Positions 12,874 through 26,499 of a stretch of 64,000 bases of DNA are shown in pieces. The notes beneath the pieces are model-generated. The model saw only the letters and a list, made by a program, of their open reading frames with translations. It was not told the DNA's origin and searched no databases. Each line of letters opens with the position of its first letter. Positions within the stretch are counted from its first letter, which is position 1. The DNA is from Utricularia gibba. Lineage: Eukaryota > Plantae > Magnoliophyta. The stretch lies in assembly GCA_002189035.1 (NCBI GenBank), contig CM007992.1, positions 2,356,001 through 2,420,000 on the forward strand. The letters are read 5' to 3'. A program made the position numbers and the translations under genes.

Positions 12874-13280
12874 GGGGTGTTGGCATTTGTGACCTAACAT
12901 TTTGACCCATATCAAAATGACTTGTTCGATATATTTGACCTGAACCGGTACCGATTCCGCATATATGACCCAAAATATTTACAAAATGATATATTTGACC
13001 TGTAAAAAATTTATTGCATGACATATTTGACCCATAAAAAATTCAGTTTTGATACTTTTGACTCATGAAATATTATAACGGGGCATATTTGACCCAACGA
13101 AAAAATTATAAAAGTTTACAACGGAGTCCGTTTGACCCAATAAGTTTACTGTTGGTCCCATGTTTAGTGTTCAGTTGGTATATTCAACCCTATAATTTGG
13201 CATATTTGACCCTTACAATTTAATAATTTGAAAATGTTGACCCTTAAGGTTCGTTAAATCCGCATATTTAACCCATAAAG
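12874..13280 (+). repeat. MULE-type terminal region with phased (C)ATATTTGACCC motifs
   Basis: Starts GGGGTGTTGGCATTTGTGACC; TGAC cores recur about every 30-33 bp. No matching opposite TIR was found. Confidence 0.55.
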
Positions 13281-13562
13281 TGTGACAAATTAACATAATT
13301 AACTCAATAAGTTTATCGAATTGGCATAAATAACCTATAAACTTTTTCAAAATTTTAAACAAATTGAATACTTTTTGAAATAAATATTGATCAATAAGTG
13401 CCCTGTAGACATGGGTACAATAGTCAATCCGAATATCCATCGTGTCAACCTACTACGATTCAAACCCGTGATGTCGTTGCAAAGTGAACTTAAAATTATT
13501 ATCAGCATTTTTATACATCAGATTTATTTCTAAACATACGATAACATGAGGTTTACCCTAAT

Positions 13563-13803
13563 ATCCAAATCGCCTATAAGGATCGAGCGCTAATAAACCT
13601 CAAGGCCACACGGGCGTGGTTTACGCATAAACCACACCCGTGTGGCCTTGAGGTTTATTAGCGCTCGATCCGAATCACCTTAAGGATTGAGCGCTAATAA
13701 AAAGGCCACACGGGCGTGGTTTATACGTAAACCACGCCCGTGTGGCCTTGAGGTTTATTAGCGCTCGATCCTTATAGGCGATTTGGATCGAGCGCTAATA
13801 AAC
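13563..13803. repeat. Nested palindrome / alternating-orientation repeat array
   Basis: 13563-13623 is the exact reverse complement of 13728-13788 (61 bp). Internal hairpins at 13580-13671 and 13682-13773 each have a 4-nt loop; a fifth partial unit lies at 13785-13803. Confidence 0.95.
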
Positions 13804-14019
13804 TGTGTGGACTTGGGACTGAGAAATGCTTGAAACAAGTCTACGGAAGGACATGATCCTTACACTATCGTATGATGTTTGCATAAGTATAAATAAACAT
13901 ATTATGATTGCTCGTATGATGTTTGTTTAAAAATTTTAAAGAAACAAATATAATGCATAAATCGTGTCAAAGACAAATAAAGAAGTCTACAATCTCATAC
14001 CAACAAATAAGTTCAACGC

Positions 14020-15581
14020 CTACATTTTTTTGGAACGGTTGCTTACCCGGCCGCTCCTAGATCGACGAGGAATCTCCATCAATTCTGTAAATTCACGAAT
14101 ATCTTCTTCAACGAACTAATTCCGTATCATCTATAGAAACATAATAGTACTTAGTACCTACTAATAAAATAAACAAAGAATTATAAATGATAATAAGTAT
14201 GTAGGAATTAAAATTACTAAATGTATTTTTTTTTAAATTTCTACATATTTACAATTAATATAATATTTGATGATTATAATCATTGTATTCTTATATAATA
14301 AAAAATATGATAAAAACTATTATATTACTTGTATATTATTTTTAAGTATTACATGTTAACATTATTTTAATTAATATATATATTTTTATATAAATTTTAT
14401 TCCCAAAACGGTAACAAATTTTATAATACAATTTTTTTCAATAAAGCGTACTACATATATTGATTTTTCATAAATTCATAAATCTCTCAATGCTCATAAC
14501 TTTCTGTAATTGTAGCTTGACCACATCTGTTTTATATAATCTTTCCAAAACAATCGCATGTATCCATTGCTCTGTTGATTATAGTAACAATATTCAACAC
14601 AAGTAAATTCTGCAATATTGGAAGAAAATGATAAGTTTGTTACCAGATTTAGAAGTGATTTCTCTGCTGAACCATCAATTAATAATGTATTACTTGGATT
14701 GTAATGATTTTTGAATGATCTAGCATTATTCCAAATCCACCATAGGTCTTTGAACTTAATTGCTCTATAACGCATTGTCATCCCTTTGAGTCATCTCGTA
14801 AGAAAAGGGAAATATTGTATTATTTACGTATGATTATAGTAACAATATTCAACACAAGTAAATTCTGCAATATTGGAAGAAAATGATAAGTTTGTTACCA
14901 AATTTAGAAGCGATTTCTCTGCTGAACCATTAATCAATAATGTATTACTTGGATTGTAATGATTTTTGAATGATCTAGCATTATTCCAAATCCACCATAG
15001 GTCTTTGAACTTAATGGTGCTGAAGCTCCTATCAATACATCTTCTAGTGTTGGTACATTGACTTATACCCCCAACAAAATACAAGTTCTTTACGACTGCA
15101 ACTTAACAGAATATAGTCAATTATTTTATACACAAGATCATTGCAAAACATTCAAAGTTATAAATGCTTTAATGCAATGACATGTAAAAGTATGAGTATT
15201 GGTGAAACTTACTCTCAATGCGAGGACCAAAATGCAATGTCGAACATTTACATGCACCAATCCAAGAAACCGATGCAGTTTGGTCTTATGTAAACTACAA
15301 TAAGAAAATGAACATCATTAGTATAAATCATTGGGATAATAAAATATATTATACTATTTACCAGCTCGTCATTCAACGATGAAGTCAGGCCATCCCGTTG
15401 GTCGTGCCTTATTCATATACACAACATCTGTTAGCAAACCGTTAATGTTTAAGATGATTAATTTCTTAGGTCTCAAGTTGTCATCCTCTGGAACGAATAT
15501 TGAAAATCTTGATTCGTATTGATAGACAGTTTCCTTCAGCTCCTCAATTTCATACTTGGTTGCTTGAAGCTCTAAATGCAT
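14020..15581 (-). pseudogene. FCP1/NIF-like HAD phosphatase-domain pseudogene, probably TE-borne
   Basis: PKKLIILNINGLLTD (degenerate KLLVLDLNGLL/DxD motif) and FKDLWWIW...YNPSNTLLIDGSAEKSLLN (FKDL..W...YN.SNTLLIDDSP.KALLNP motif). Introns, stops and an internal duplication; putative basic last exon at 14020-14130. Confidence 0.65.
14576..15015. repeat. 185-bp direct duplication (14576-14760 and 14831-15015) with a 70-bp spacer
   Basis: Near-identical copies at a 255-bp offset; both give the same FKDLWWIW...EYCYYN peptide. Confidence 0.9.
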
Positions 15582-17399
15582 CTAAGCAATATCATTCTCC
15601 TCCATTTGTTGTGAAGTAGATGAATCTACGTTGTTCTCATCATGCGCTCTAAAATATGTCAAATTCTCTTCTTCAACCACTTGCTCTTGAGATTAAGACC
15701 GCATAGTCTTCCTAGAAGTGCCACACCATATACGGAATGAACCTTTGTCAATTACAGTTGATGGTTTGACATCCATCCATCCATCGCATGTCCTTTCCCA
15801 CTATCAATACTTTGAGACATTCTTTATCATACTTATTCAAGAGTTGGACACTTTAGGATACAATAACATGAATACAAAAGATTAATTAAAACATTAAATG
15901 ACAAAATATGTAAAGAAAATTTTTACCAAATGGTTTTCCAATATTTGATGTGATCAAAAGCTGTTTAGGTATTTTAATCCTCATGTCTTTTGGTGGAATG
16001 AACCATACGAAACTAGTACACCATTCTCCATAAAAATACTTCAAACCTCTTATGATCTTGATTCTGATTATATCGTAAAATGATTTGTATGAGCAACTCT
16101 TGAACACTTCGCAATACTAAAAAATGCACCCACACTAAGTGGGAATCCTTCATTCTAGCACAATTTCATAAATACAATGATATTATCAATGGAAGCCAAT
16201 GTTAAATGAGATAAAGGAACTTGTACCAAACAAAGCACAAACTCAATGAATAGTTGAATTGATATGCTTTGTGCTAACTATAAAAGCACCGGAGCAAACA
16301 CGAGGTGATGGTTCATCTGAAATTTATTCATCGACTTCCTTATCTACAATAACAAAATTTATCGACACTATATATATTTGTCTGATCTTGTCTCCAATAC
16401 TCATCTATCACATTAATTATCAAAATATTAAAAAACAGATAATAATGAGGAAAAATATTAATAATTAGAAAATTCAAAAAACAAAAGTTTGAAAAAAATC
16501 TTTAAGAATTTAAATAAATCAAATATAAATTATTCAAATCATTTATAATTATTTTAAAAAATAAATCAAATGAAAAAAACATTTATAGTGATTTAAATAT
16601 ATAAAAAATTGAACACTTTATTATTGATTTAAAAAATAAAATTGATAAAAATATAGTAATTTAAAGAATTCAAAAAAATTTTAAAACAATTCCTAGCAAT
16701 ATGAAAACAAGAAAAAACGTTGAATAAAACAGTCAATCATTAATTTTTCAAATCAATAAGATCAAAAAAATATCTATGATAATTAATTACATAATTTAGC
16801 GATCATGAAAACACTAAAAGAAGTTTTCTATGTAGTAAAATTATAAAAAGGAAAAAGAATTTATATACCTTGATTTTGTTGAAACTTATCCTGATATCAA
16901 GAATGAGAAAATGAAAATTATTAGAGTGACGAGAAGAGAAGAGTAGAAGCGTAGAAGAGAAGAAGAGGAGTAGAAGAAGATAAAAAGATGATTAGTAGAA
17001 GAAGAGGAGTTGGTGAAAATTAAATAAGGTAATTTGTATGTATTATTATCATTTATTTTTTTATTTGCATACTGGTAGTTTGCACCCAGTTGGGCGGCAC
17101 TTACCAGGTAGGCAGAGCGTTAGCGGTGCCCCACGGTGGGCGCTGCTTGTTAAGTAGTATGTCAATTCAATAATTTTTTTAAAAAATGAATTATTAGATG
17201 TTTTATAATTCTACTAAATTATGAATTTAATATTAATTTGGTAACACATGTATTTACCAAATTCAGCCCTAAACTCTAATGTATTTTGTAAATAAAAATA
17301 AAAAAGTAAAGTAATCTACAAATTAGAAAAAAAGTTCAAGTAAATTGAAAATAAAAAATTTTGACACATGAAAAATACTAATTCACACATTTTCTTTTG

Positions 17400-17646
17400 G
17401 TTATATACAATCGACTGTTGATTCACACTTGTTTGTGATGTTTAGTCAATTTGAGCTTGTCTAGGTTGTTGTTTCGCTCTTGTATTAAAACCGAGTGATA
17501 AGTGGAGAGTTTCTAATTTGTTGTGATTGGTGCTCATAGTTTTTATCGATTTGATTTACACATTAAAATTGGTTGCTTCTTTACTTTGTTTTTTTGATGA
17601 TCTTCATCCTGTTAGTGTAAAAATTCACAAAAACTGATATCTGAGC
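17400..17646 (+). mobile_element. Degenerate copia LTR end plus PBS
   Basis: TGATATCTGAGC at 17635-17646 resembles the tRNA-Met PBS TGGTATCAGAGC and follows an LTR-like stretch. Confidence 0.35.
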
Positions 17647-17877
17647 GTTGAATCAAAATTCTTGAAATAACAAGTAAAAGACATGTTATTTCAATCGTTT
17701 TATTGTATTTTGCTTTTTTCTCTTTTTTGCCTTACTATTGTGGCTCTTATGGACTTTGTCTTCAAAGGCTTTGACTTTTCTTGCTGAATATTTCCTTTAC
17801 TAGAGAAAATATGGAGGACGTTGTATCTCTGACTAAATTAAACTCACAATATTATGTCATGTAGAAATCAATCAAAT

Positions 17878-20800
17878 TGTGTGGAATATTTGAACAAAAG
17901 GATTTTTAGCCTGGTAAAAACCCACTGATAAATCAATGGGAAACGTCCAAGGCCTCGGCTTTGTAGCCTCCGAGACTACAATCCACTACAAGAACAATAT
18001 TACACAGTTGCGATTACAAACATGGCTCAAACAGGCCACACAAACATCCAAAGGGATAACCAGAAACTAGACAAATTACAAAGCAGGTTGTCTAATTTTT
18101 GAACAAACAATCGCACTGTCTAAAAACCACCCAAGCTCTCTCCTTCATGCCTTTTATTTCAGCAAGAAGTGCCTGTCATCAGTCTTTTTCTTCAGAGAAA
18201 TTTTTCTTTCTTGAAGTCCTCCATTATCCATGCCGTGTCTTAAACGGCAAATCTCATGCTATCATGATGTTGCACCATCTTCTATTTCTACTTCCTTTCA
18301 TGGGGCCCTTCCTTTGTTGCTTCAGCTTGCATGGGCAGCATTAAACAAAATATGGAGTTCATCAATGTTTAATATGCCCAACAATCGGCCCCCAAGCTGA
18401 AGCATTATCCATTCTTCAGATAACAACAGTAACAAGCCCCGCTCTTTTGGAGCAAGACTTGTACTTGGAGCTAGGAAGAACTTTAGTCAAGAAATATGCA
18501 ACGTTGTCTTCCGTCGTGATTTTGTTCACTCTCACCAAGCCATTACTGATTTTTTCCCGAATCCAGTGAGCAAGAATATCAACATGTTTCACCAAAGAGT
18601 GTAGAACTGTATTCTTACTAAGTGAAATAGCTCCTGTGCTGTCACTAAAAATAATTGTCTTCAGATCAGTTTGCTCCAATTCTTCCATCAAACGATCGAC
18701 CCAGATAGCATCTTTTCCACTTTCAGACAAAGCAACGTATTCCGCCTTTGTTGATGAGAGTACTACCTCCTTTTGAAGCCTAGAGTACCACATTACTGCA
18801 CCACCTCCAAGGATTGAAATTATGCCAGTCGTTGATCTCCTAGTATCTGGGTCACCAGCAAGATCTGCATCTACACAAATTCTTGGTTGCAAGTCACTGT
18901 TTGCAAACTGCAAACTAAGTGATTTAGTCCCTTGTAGATAACGCAACAACCACTTGAGAGCTTCCCAATGATTCTTTCCAGGATGTTTGGTATGTCTGCT
19001 GATGCACCCTATGACAAAAGAAATATCAGGTCTAGCACTTACCATAATATACATTATTGATCCCACAACTGATGCAAACTGATATCCATTCAAATTTTCT
19101 TCTACACAACTTCCAGAATTCAGTTCCAAGTGTGTTGGAAGAGGCGCAATAACAGGCTTGCAGTTTCCCATACCAAATTTTTTCAAGATTTCATCAACGT
19201 AGGCAGTTTGAGACAAAGCCAAAATTCTGGCTGCTCGGTTGCGGATAATATTAATTCCCAGAATTTTCTGCATGGGCCCTAGATCCTTCATATCAAACTT
19301 TCCTTTCAAGTTGCACTTCAATTCATTCACCAACGAATATTCCTTGCTCATTATCAACATCTCATCTACGTAGATGACCAAAGCCACAAAAACACCATTA
19401 TCATATTTTTTCAAGTAGGCACAAACATCAGATTCTGAGCATCAAATTTCTCATTCCAATTTCTAGGGGCCTGTTTCATACCATAAAGGGACCTTTTCAA
19501 TTTGCAGACCACGTGTTCATTCCCTTTTACAACAAATCCTGGAATTTGTTGCATGTAGATCTCTTCTTGCAGGTCTCCGTGTAAGAATGCTGTCTTCACG
19601 TCCATTTGATCCAATTCCATATCAAGAGTGGCTACCAGGGACAGCATAATTTTGACCGTAGAGATCTTCACTATCGGGGCAAAAATTTCTTCATAATCGA
19701 TGCCACGTTTTTGATGAAATCCTTTGACCACCAATCTTGCCTTATACCTGATGGACCCATCTATATTCTTCTTGAGTTTGAAAATCCATCTATTCTCAAG
19801 AACACGTTTTCCAGCTGGCAATTCCACAAACTCATATGTGTCATTCTTGAGGAATGATTGCATTTCATCCTCCATTGCAGCAAACCATTTTTCTTTAACG
19901 TCTGATTTTGAGAACTTCCATCAGACTTTCAGGTTCTCCATTTTCTGTTATCATGAGACAATCATAACAAAATCATCTTCAGAGTATCTCATGGAAGGTA
20001 TCTTCCCACAGGAGCTTCTTCTCATGTTATCAATTTCTGATGCAACATTGTTGGTTCTATTTTCTCCACCAGCTAAAGTTTCAACTAGAGGAATTTACAG
20101 AACATTATCTATTCTTCCAACCTCTTCATTTCTGGGCACTGGCCTTTCATTCTGAACATCTTTGGACAGAGAGTCTAGGCTAATCTGTATTTCTTGATCA
20201 CCATCAGATTTCTTCTCAAGTTCCATTGTCTCGTTCTCCAGAAATTTCACATTTCGAGATCTGATGATTTTATTCCTTTCAGGGACCCATAATTTATATC
20301 CAAATTCTGGATAGCTATAACCCAAGAAAACACAAGGAATGCCATGATCATCCAATTTTTGCCTATGTTCCTTAGGTATCAAAACGTAAGCTTTGCACCT
20401 GAAGATTTGCAGATGTTCATAGCTTGGTTGTTTGCCAGACAAGAGAGCTTCCGGAACTTGATAGTTGATGGCAGTCTTGGGACTCAGATTCGAAAGATAA
20501 CAAGCAGTATAAGGCTTCACCCCAAAATTTTGAGGGTAGTCCAGAGCACTTGAGCATGCTACGAACCTTGTCAAATAGGGTTCTGTTCATTCTTTCAGCA
20601 ACAGGATTATGCTCTGGCGTGCCTGGTTCAGTTTGGATTTTTTTGATCCCTTGTTTGGAGCAAAACTCTTTAAATTCAGTAGAGTAATACTCTCATCCAT
20701 TGTCTGTCCTAAGGCATTTGAGCTTCAATCCTGTTTCACGCTCAACATATGACTGAAACAATTTGAAGCATTCCAATACATCTGACTTTCTTTTGATCAA

Positions 20801-22180
20801 GTAAATCCAACTCTTCCTTGTTGCATCATCAATGAATGTAATATAATGATTTTTCCCAGCATGTGTAGCAATGTTGATGGGTCCCCCTACATCGGAGTGG
20901 ATCTCTTCCAATCTCTCTATCCTACGTTCAAAGGATCCTGAAAAGGCTACCTTGTGTTGCTTGCCTACTATGCATGCTTCATATTCCCCTAGCTTATTCA
21001 GGCCATTCTGGATAAGTATTGCAACCTAGATAGACACAGAATCCCTTTCTCAGACAGGTGCCCCGTTCTACGGTGCGAAAGAGACATTTTTTCATTGTTT
21101 TCAATGACAATGCTTATCGAATCATTATCTTCAGAATACACCACTTTCATTTCGGTCCTATAGAGAGTATTCTCAAGTTCCCCTGTGGCTATGACCATTG
21201 ATCCCTTGATCAATTTCCAAGCCCCACCTTTCATGGAATGACCGTATCCTTCTTTGTCCAAGGCATCACATGACATGAGATGATATCGAAGAGATGGAAC
21301 AAATCTCACTTGTTTCAATACCATGTGATATCCTAAATTGGTTTTCACTTCCAGTTCTCCTATACCCTTAACCTCTGAGGTTCACCAATTTCCCATATTG
21401 ACTGAACCTTGTATTATTTCCCTGTAATTTTTCATGCCAGCTCGGGTAGGAACCGCATGATAAGAGGCTGCAGAATCAACAAACCATTTTCTTTCGACGG
21501 TGTCATCACCTTCCGCAGCCATAAGCACTAGCAGTTCTTCTTCTTCCTTAGCCATCGATATGGAACCAATTGGCTTTTCTCCTTCCTCAGAAGACTTGTT
21601 AGAAAATTCCTTTGATCTTTTGAAATGATAGCAGTTCCTTTTGAGATGTCCTTTCTTACCACAATGATAACAAATCCTACTCTCTCTTCCAGCCTTATTT
21701 TGAATTTTATCCTTGTCTTCATTTTCTTTTGCATTGGTTTGAGGGGCTCTTGAAGTTCCCCTTTGATTCTCCGTCCCTCGACCAGCATATTCAATCACTG
21801 CTAAAACAGGTTATTGCTCACTTTCATTGACTTTTCGTCTCAGGTCTTCTTGAAGTAGTGAATCCAACACTCTCTTCAGTGTCAATTTCCCATGTGTTGA
21901 ATTACTTATAGCAACAACCAAGGTTTGCCACGAGTCTGGAAGTGAATCAAGGAGCATAAGGGCTTGGACTTCTTCATCAAGAGAGATTTCAGCAACTGCC
22001 ATCAGATCAACAATTTCTTTGAATTGAGTTACGTGGGCAACCATTTCAGTTCCATCCTTGAATCTCAACTTTTTCAGCCTCTTTACTAAGTAGAGTTTAT
22101 TTTGGGAAGTGTTTGGCATGAAGAGCTCATTCACACCAACCCAAAGGGTCTTAGCACAGGTGTATTCAGAGAACCTAGAG
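17878..22180 (-). mobile_element. Ty1/copia (Tnt1/Tork-like) retrotransposon, 5'-truncated, 3' LTR at 17878-18383
   Basis: gag with CYHCGKKGHLKRNC knuckle, WFVDSAASYH protease, IHSDVGGP/LRTDNG integrase, KARLVVKGF/QMDVKTAFLHGDL/YVDE RT and DADLAGD RH. PPT-like GGGGGCCGAT precedes an LTR TGTTGGG...CACA. Frameshifted. Confidence 0.93.
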
Positions 22181-24039
22181 CAGTAAACAGAATCTCAATA
22201 TACACAAATTTTCAAAATAATTTTATGCTAAAGATAAAGATTATTAAATTTAAAAAAATAAACAAAAAAATTGCTTTATACTCAAGGAAATCAAATAATA
22301 TTTTTGCTTTACGTATAATTTAAGAATTTTATTCAATAAATATATGCACTCAAATCCTTTTCAATTTCTTTCAGAAGTTTTTTTTTCCTATGTTTCTTTG
22401 CACAGTTTCTTCTTAATTTTCATAACAAGTTAATCTATTACGAGGGTGGCTTTTTATAGAGAATATAATCCATCACAAGAATTTTTATGGTAAATGATAA
22501 GGTATAAGAAGCACTTGCTCAAATTTCATAAAACATTGTGTATAAAATCAAGAAATTAAAAAATACTCATAATGCATATATAATAAATATAGATCATTAT
22601 TTTTAATTCTAAAATGATTATCAAATGCATTAAACAATTTACTTATAATAGATTGATAGGGTGGTAATGGTGTGGTCAACGAACTTGTTACGTTGACCTG
22701 ATCTTGACTCGTACGTCCATAAAACTTGTCTAATTTGGGTTGGCTTCTCCAGTACGAGTTGACCTGTGGGCATACTATTTTCAAAATAAAACAAATTATC
22801 AAGGTATCATATGATGATGATTTATCGTTAAACAATTATTGGGATCCATAGGTTGGTATCGTTAGAATTAGCAAAATACCTGACATTTATTCATTTGAAA
22901 AATACCTCCATTTTGAACATGATCACAAATTAACATCAAATTATATTTATAATTTTCATAAACATATTAATGTGTTTTATTTATAAAATTCATCATTTAA
23001 AAACAATATATATCATGTATTTCAAATTTCATATTAAAATTTAATGTATAAATACATCCATGTATCTATCTATCTATATTTTAAAATATCTGTACAAAAT
23101 TCAGATTTGTTAATACCATGTTCTTCGCTATTTAATTTAAGATTTGATTCTGTTTTTAATAATATATTTTTTTTACCAATATATACTCTAATATCACAGA
23201 ACCCTCAAGGACTATGGGAGAATCTCGTTTTGACCTCAAACATTTAAGGAGAAATCTTCAATCGGATATCGTTGATAAGATGTATTTGATATAATATGTC
23301 TACGAGGATATGAGGTGTAAGGGTTAGAATAAAATGTGGTGAAAACATGGATTATCACAAGAGGTGAAATAACTCTGATAGTTTTGTTGATTTTATAATC
23401 CTACTAAACAAAAGACAATGCTATAAAGATTACTGAATTGTATTATTTTAGAATAATACCCCTAGAACTTGTGCAAGCTGGTACGTCCTCAAAGTTGAGA
23501 ATTTTATACGAGTGGGCATTTGCAACATCACATTCATGAATTAGATATTGATATGAGGTATTTTAAACATCACTAGAAACTTGGAATATTGTTGATTCAC
23601 TGATGATCTGGTATGTCTTTACGGAGAAGGAATCGAAGGATTATAAGAATGGGGAGATACGTACATTGGAACATCCAACAAATCATCTATTTAGGCAAGG
23701 TCCACTATTGCTGTACTCTATGTCCCTAATCCACTTTTTGTTGTCATAACTTTGCATTTAGCAAGGTTTTTCTAGGGTTTTTCTTGTAATTGTGCCTCAA
23801 TAGCACAATTTTTTGCTTCAAAATTTGTTCTAGTAAGCTTGTCATTAGAGTTTAGATGGTTTATAATATTCATGAGTGTTTTTCTCTCATTTATTTTATC
23901 TTTTCAAATCCTTTCATCAAGCTTCTATGGTTTTACTTCAACTTGTCATCTCCATCACACATCTTCTTAAGTTGGTCCCACATCAGTTTAAGAGTATAAT
24001 AGTTAGAAATTTTTAAATGCTTCTTTTGATAGAGCAGGA

Positions 24040-24770
24040 TCTAATGTTGTGATTGTGGCATATTTTGCATTCTCAAATGCTCCATTGGTAGTAGAAGGAT
24101 TAGATAAGCTTGGTTCACGAATCTCTTTTTTCTACAATTGACTAATATTTTCTCCATTTTAGATAAGGGATTATTTTGAAAATCTATTGTTGATAGTTTT
24201 TTATAATAAAAATATGGATTCATTGGTTTTGGGCTGTAGTTCAATTTGAAAGAGTTTAAGCATGGTTACAAGAAATGACATTCAAAGTGCTTTAGACAAG
24301 GCAATCTATTCGGCCTCGATACTTGATAGAGAGAGATATTTCTATAATGCTAACTCACACACCTACACCAACTACAATCACTCTCTTCCAATTACTTTCA
24401 ACATAGGCCTCTTCGATATCTTATGTTTTATCCCTTTAACACAAGACCCACCTCTTTAAGTAGAATTAGATGCCAAGAGGAGGCTAAATTCTTTGTCAAT
24501 AGATCTGCCACATTCATGCACGTTACCACTTTTTCTGAAGAAATATTTTTGTTCCAACATATTTCTGACCTAGTGGTGTTGGATGTCTATGTGCTTGGTA
24601 CTTCAGTGATACATATAGTGTTTTCTAAGATGTAGGACACTATAACCATCACATAGAACTTGCAACTTCTATTTCAACAAATCAAGTTCATGTAGAAACT
24701 TGTCGAACCAGATAGCTCTCACAATTTTTAGCATCACTAATAAATCCAATCAAACCTTTCCAAAACCAAC
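24040..24770 (-). pseudogene. Highly degenerate copia RT/RNase H remnant
   Basis: SLSSIEAE*IALS resembles SLSTAEAEYIA; the downstream frame-broken sequence resembles the RH C-terminus. Confidence 0.5.
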
Positions 24771-24829
24771 TAAAGTCTTAGTGATTCAGATCATCGCCTT
24801 TGTTGCATAGTTGAATTTGGAGTTTAGAA

Positions 24830-26024
24830 AATTGAGTGAAGATGGCATTCCTACATAGAGAACTTATTGAGAGATATTTAAGAAACAAATACCAAGTTTT
24901 GTTAAAAAGGATCATGACCATTTGCCCCCTTCGCAATGGCATATGTTATGCTAGTACCAATGAATCCTTGTATAAAATTGTTAACTATAATGACTTCAAA
25001 GGAACAATGAGAAGAAAGAGATGAGTTTAGTTCCTTTTGCATTTTTAGTTGGCTCAATGATTCATGTGATGGCTAGCACCAAACTAAACATTGTCTATAC
25101 TATAAGTTGAATCAACCACTTCATGGCAAACCTAGGTTAATCTCAGTGGAAGATAGCAAAGTGGTTGCTACAATAACTGAAGGGTAATACTAAATTTAGT
25201 TTGCATTTTGGTGAAAACAATGTGAACTATATATATATATATATTGATTCAGATCTTGCAGGCTTTATAGACACAAGGAGATCTACCACTAGTTTGATTA
25301 CATCGCTAGGAGGAGTTGAGATCTCATGGGTATCTACACTTCAAAAGAATGTTTCCCTATCCTATAGATAAGTTAACTATATGGCATTCATAGAAGTTGG
25401 GAAAGAAGCTCTTTGGTTGGATAGATTTTTAAAAGAGTTAGATTTCCTATCACAAGATCAAAAAGTACAAGTGTTATATGGCAATCAGAGTGCAATAGCT
25501 TTGAGTAAATATATAAGATTTCATTTCAACACAAAATACATTGATGTTCATTATCATTAGATAAAGAGATGTACTAAAGGAATATAAGCTTGATTTGGTG
25601 AAGGCAAAAATAAAGAATAGTTTTGCAGATTTGATGACTAAAGTATTGACCTCTTAGAAGCATGATAGGTTTAGTGTTGCAATGAAACACATTGACATTT
25701 TATTTTTTACTCAGGCTAGGCGTGTGAATATTGATTCCTCTCAGATTGTATAGTAAACATTGAGTGGGTACTGTATAGAAATAATAATTTTGTATACTTT
25801 GGGGAGATTAGTATTTATATAGAGTGGGTGCAAAGTTAGATGAATCTAAGTTCCAATAGGAGCAATACATCTAAGTGCATTGTCAAGTTGACTTTGTATG
25901 CTATAAGTAAAATATAGTAATTTGTTCTTACCAAAACATTTTCCACATTAGATTTTACTAGGTTAATTCTGATATTTTGTGTCTAACTTTAGTGTCTCAA
26001 ATCCACACTCAAGGAGTAACATCA
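24830..26024 (+). mobile_element. Degenerate Tork-like copia RT/RH remnant with PPT and 3' LTR (about 25809-26024)
   Basis: KMAFLHREL, MSLVPFAFLVGSM and GKEALWLDRFLKEL motifs; GGGGAGAT PPT at about 25801. Confidence 0.6.
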
Positions 26025-26499
26025 TTTATAAACGTATTAGAGAGCATTAATAAAGGCAGTAGAGCCTTACAGTGTGACTTGTGAATTTTAATGAATATAT
26101 TACATAAATATAATATTTTATTTTTATAACTTAATGAATATGTGTATGATTTTAAATACAATGGAGAGCTAATCATGAGAATAATATTTTAAAATCGAAT
26201 TCAACTTGATTTTGGATTTCTTATAGATTGAATCATTGTATTATTGGAAACTTACAGTATGTTAAAATGCCAAAGATCAAATCCCATTCACATAAAATAC
26301 ATTAAAATGTCAACAACAAAATCTCCATAAAAACATAGTTCTTGAAACATTGTCTCAATGTTGATGGTTTGGCTGGTGGGCAACTATTTTTTTTTTAAAG
26401 CTATTTTTTAAGATTAGACAAAGTGATATAGTTGTTGTTACCTTTAACAATCACTGGTGCATTCACAGCTCTTATGTTATTTGAAACGGGAAAAGTTAA

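Noticed and set aside
15886-16107. RIKIPKQLLI resembling Helitron helicase or B3 domain
   Set aside because: A single short motif without flanking conserved residues.
22380-22835. Ulp1-like protease remnant (EQVLLIPYH...WII)
   Set aside because: The catalytic His is missing and the match is too short in AT-rich sequence.
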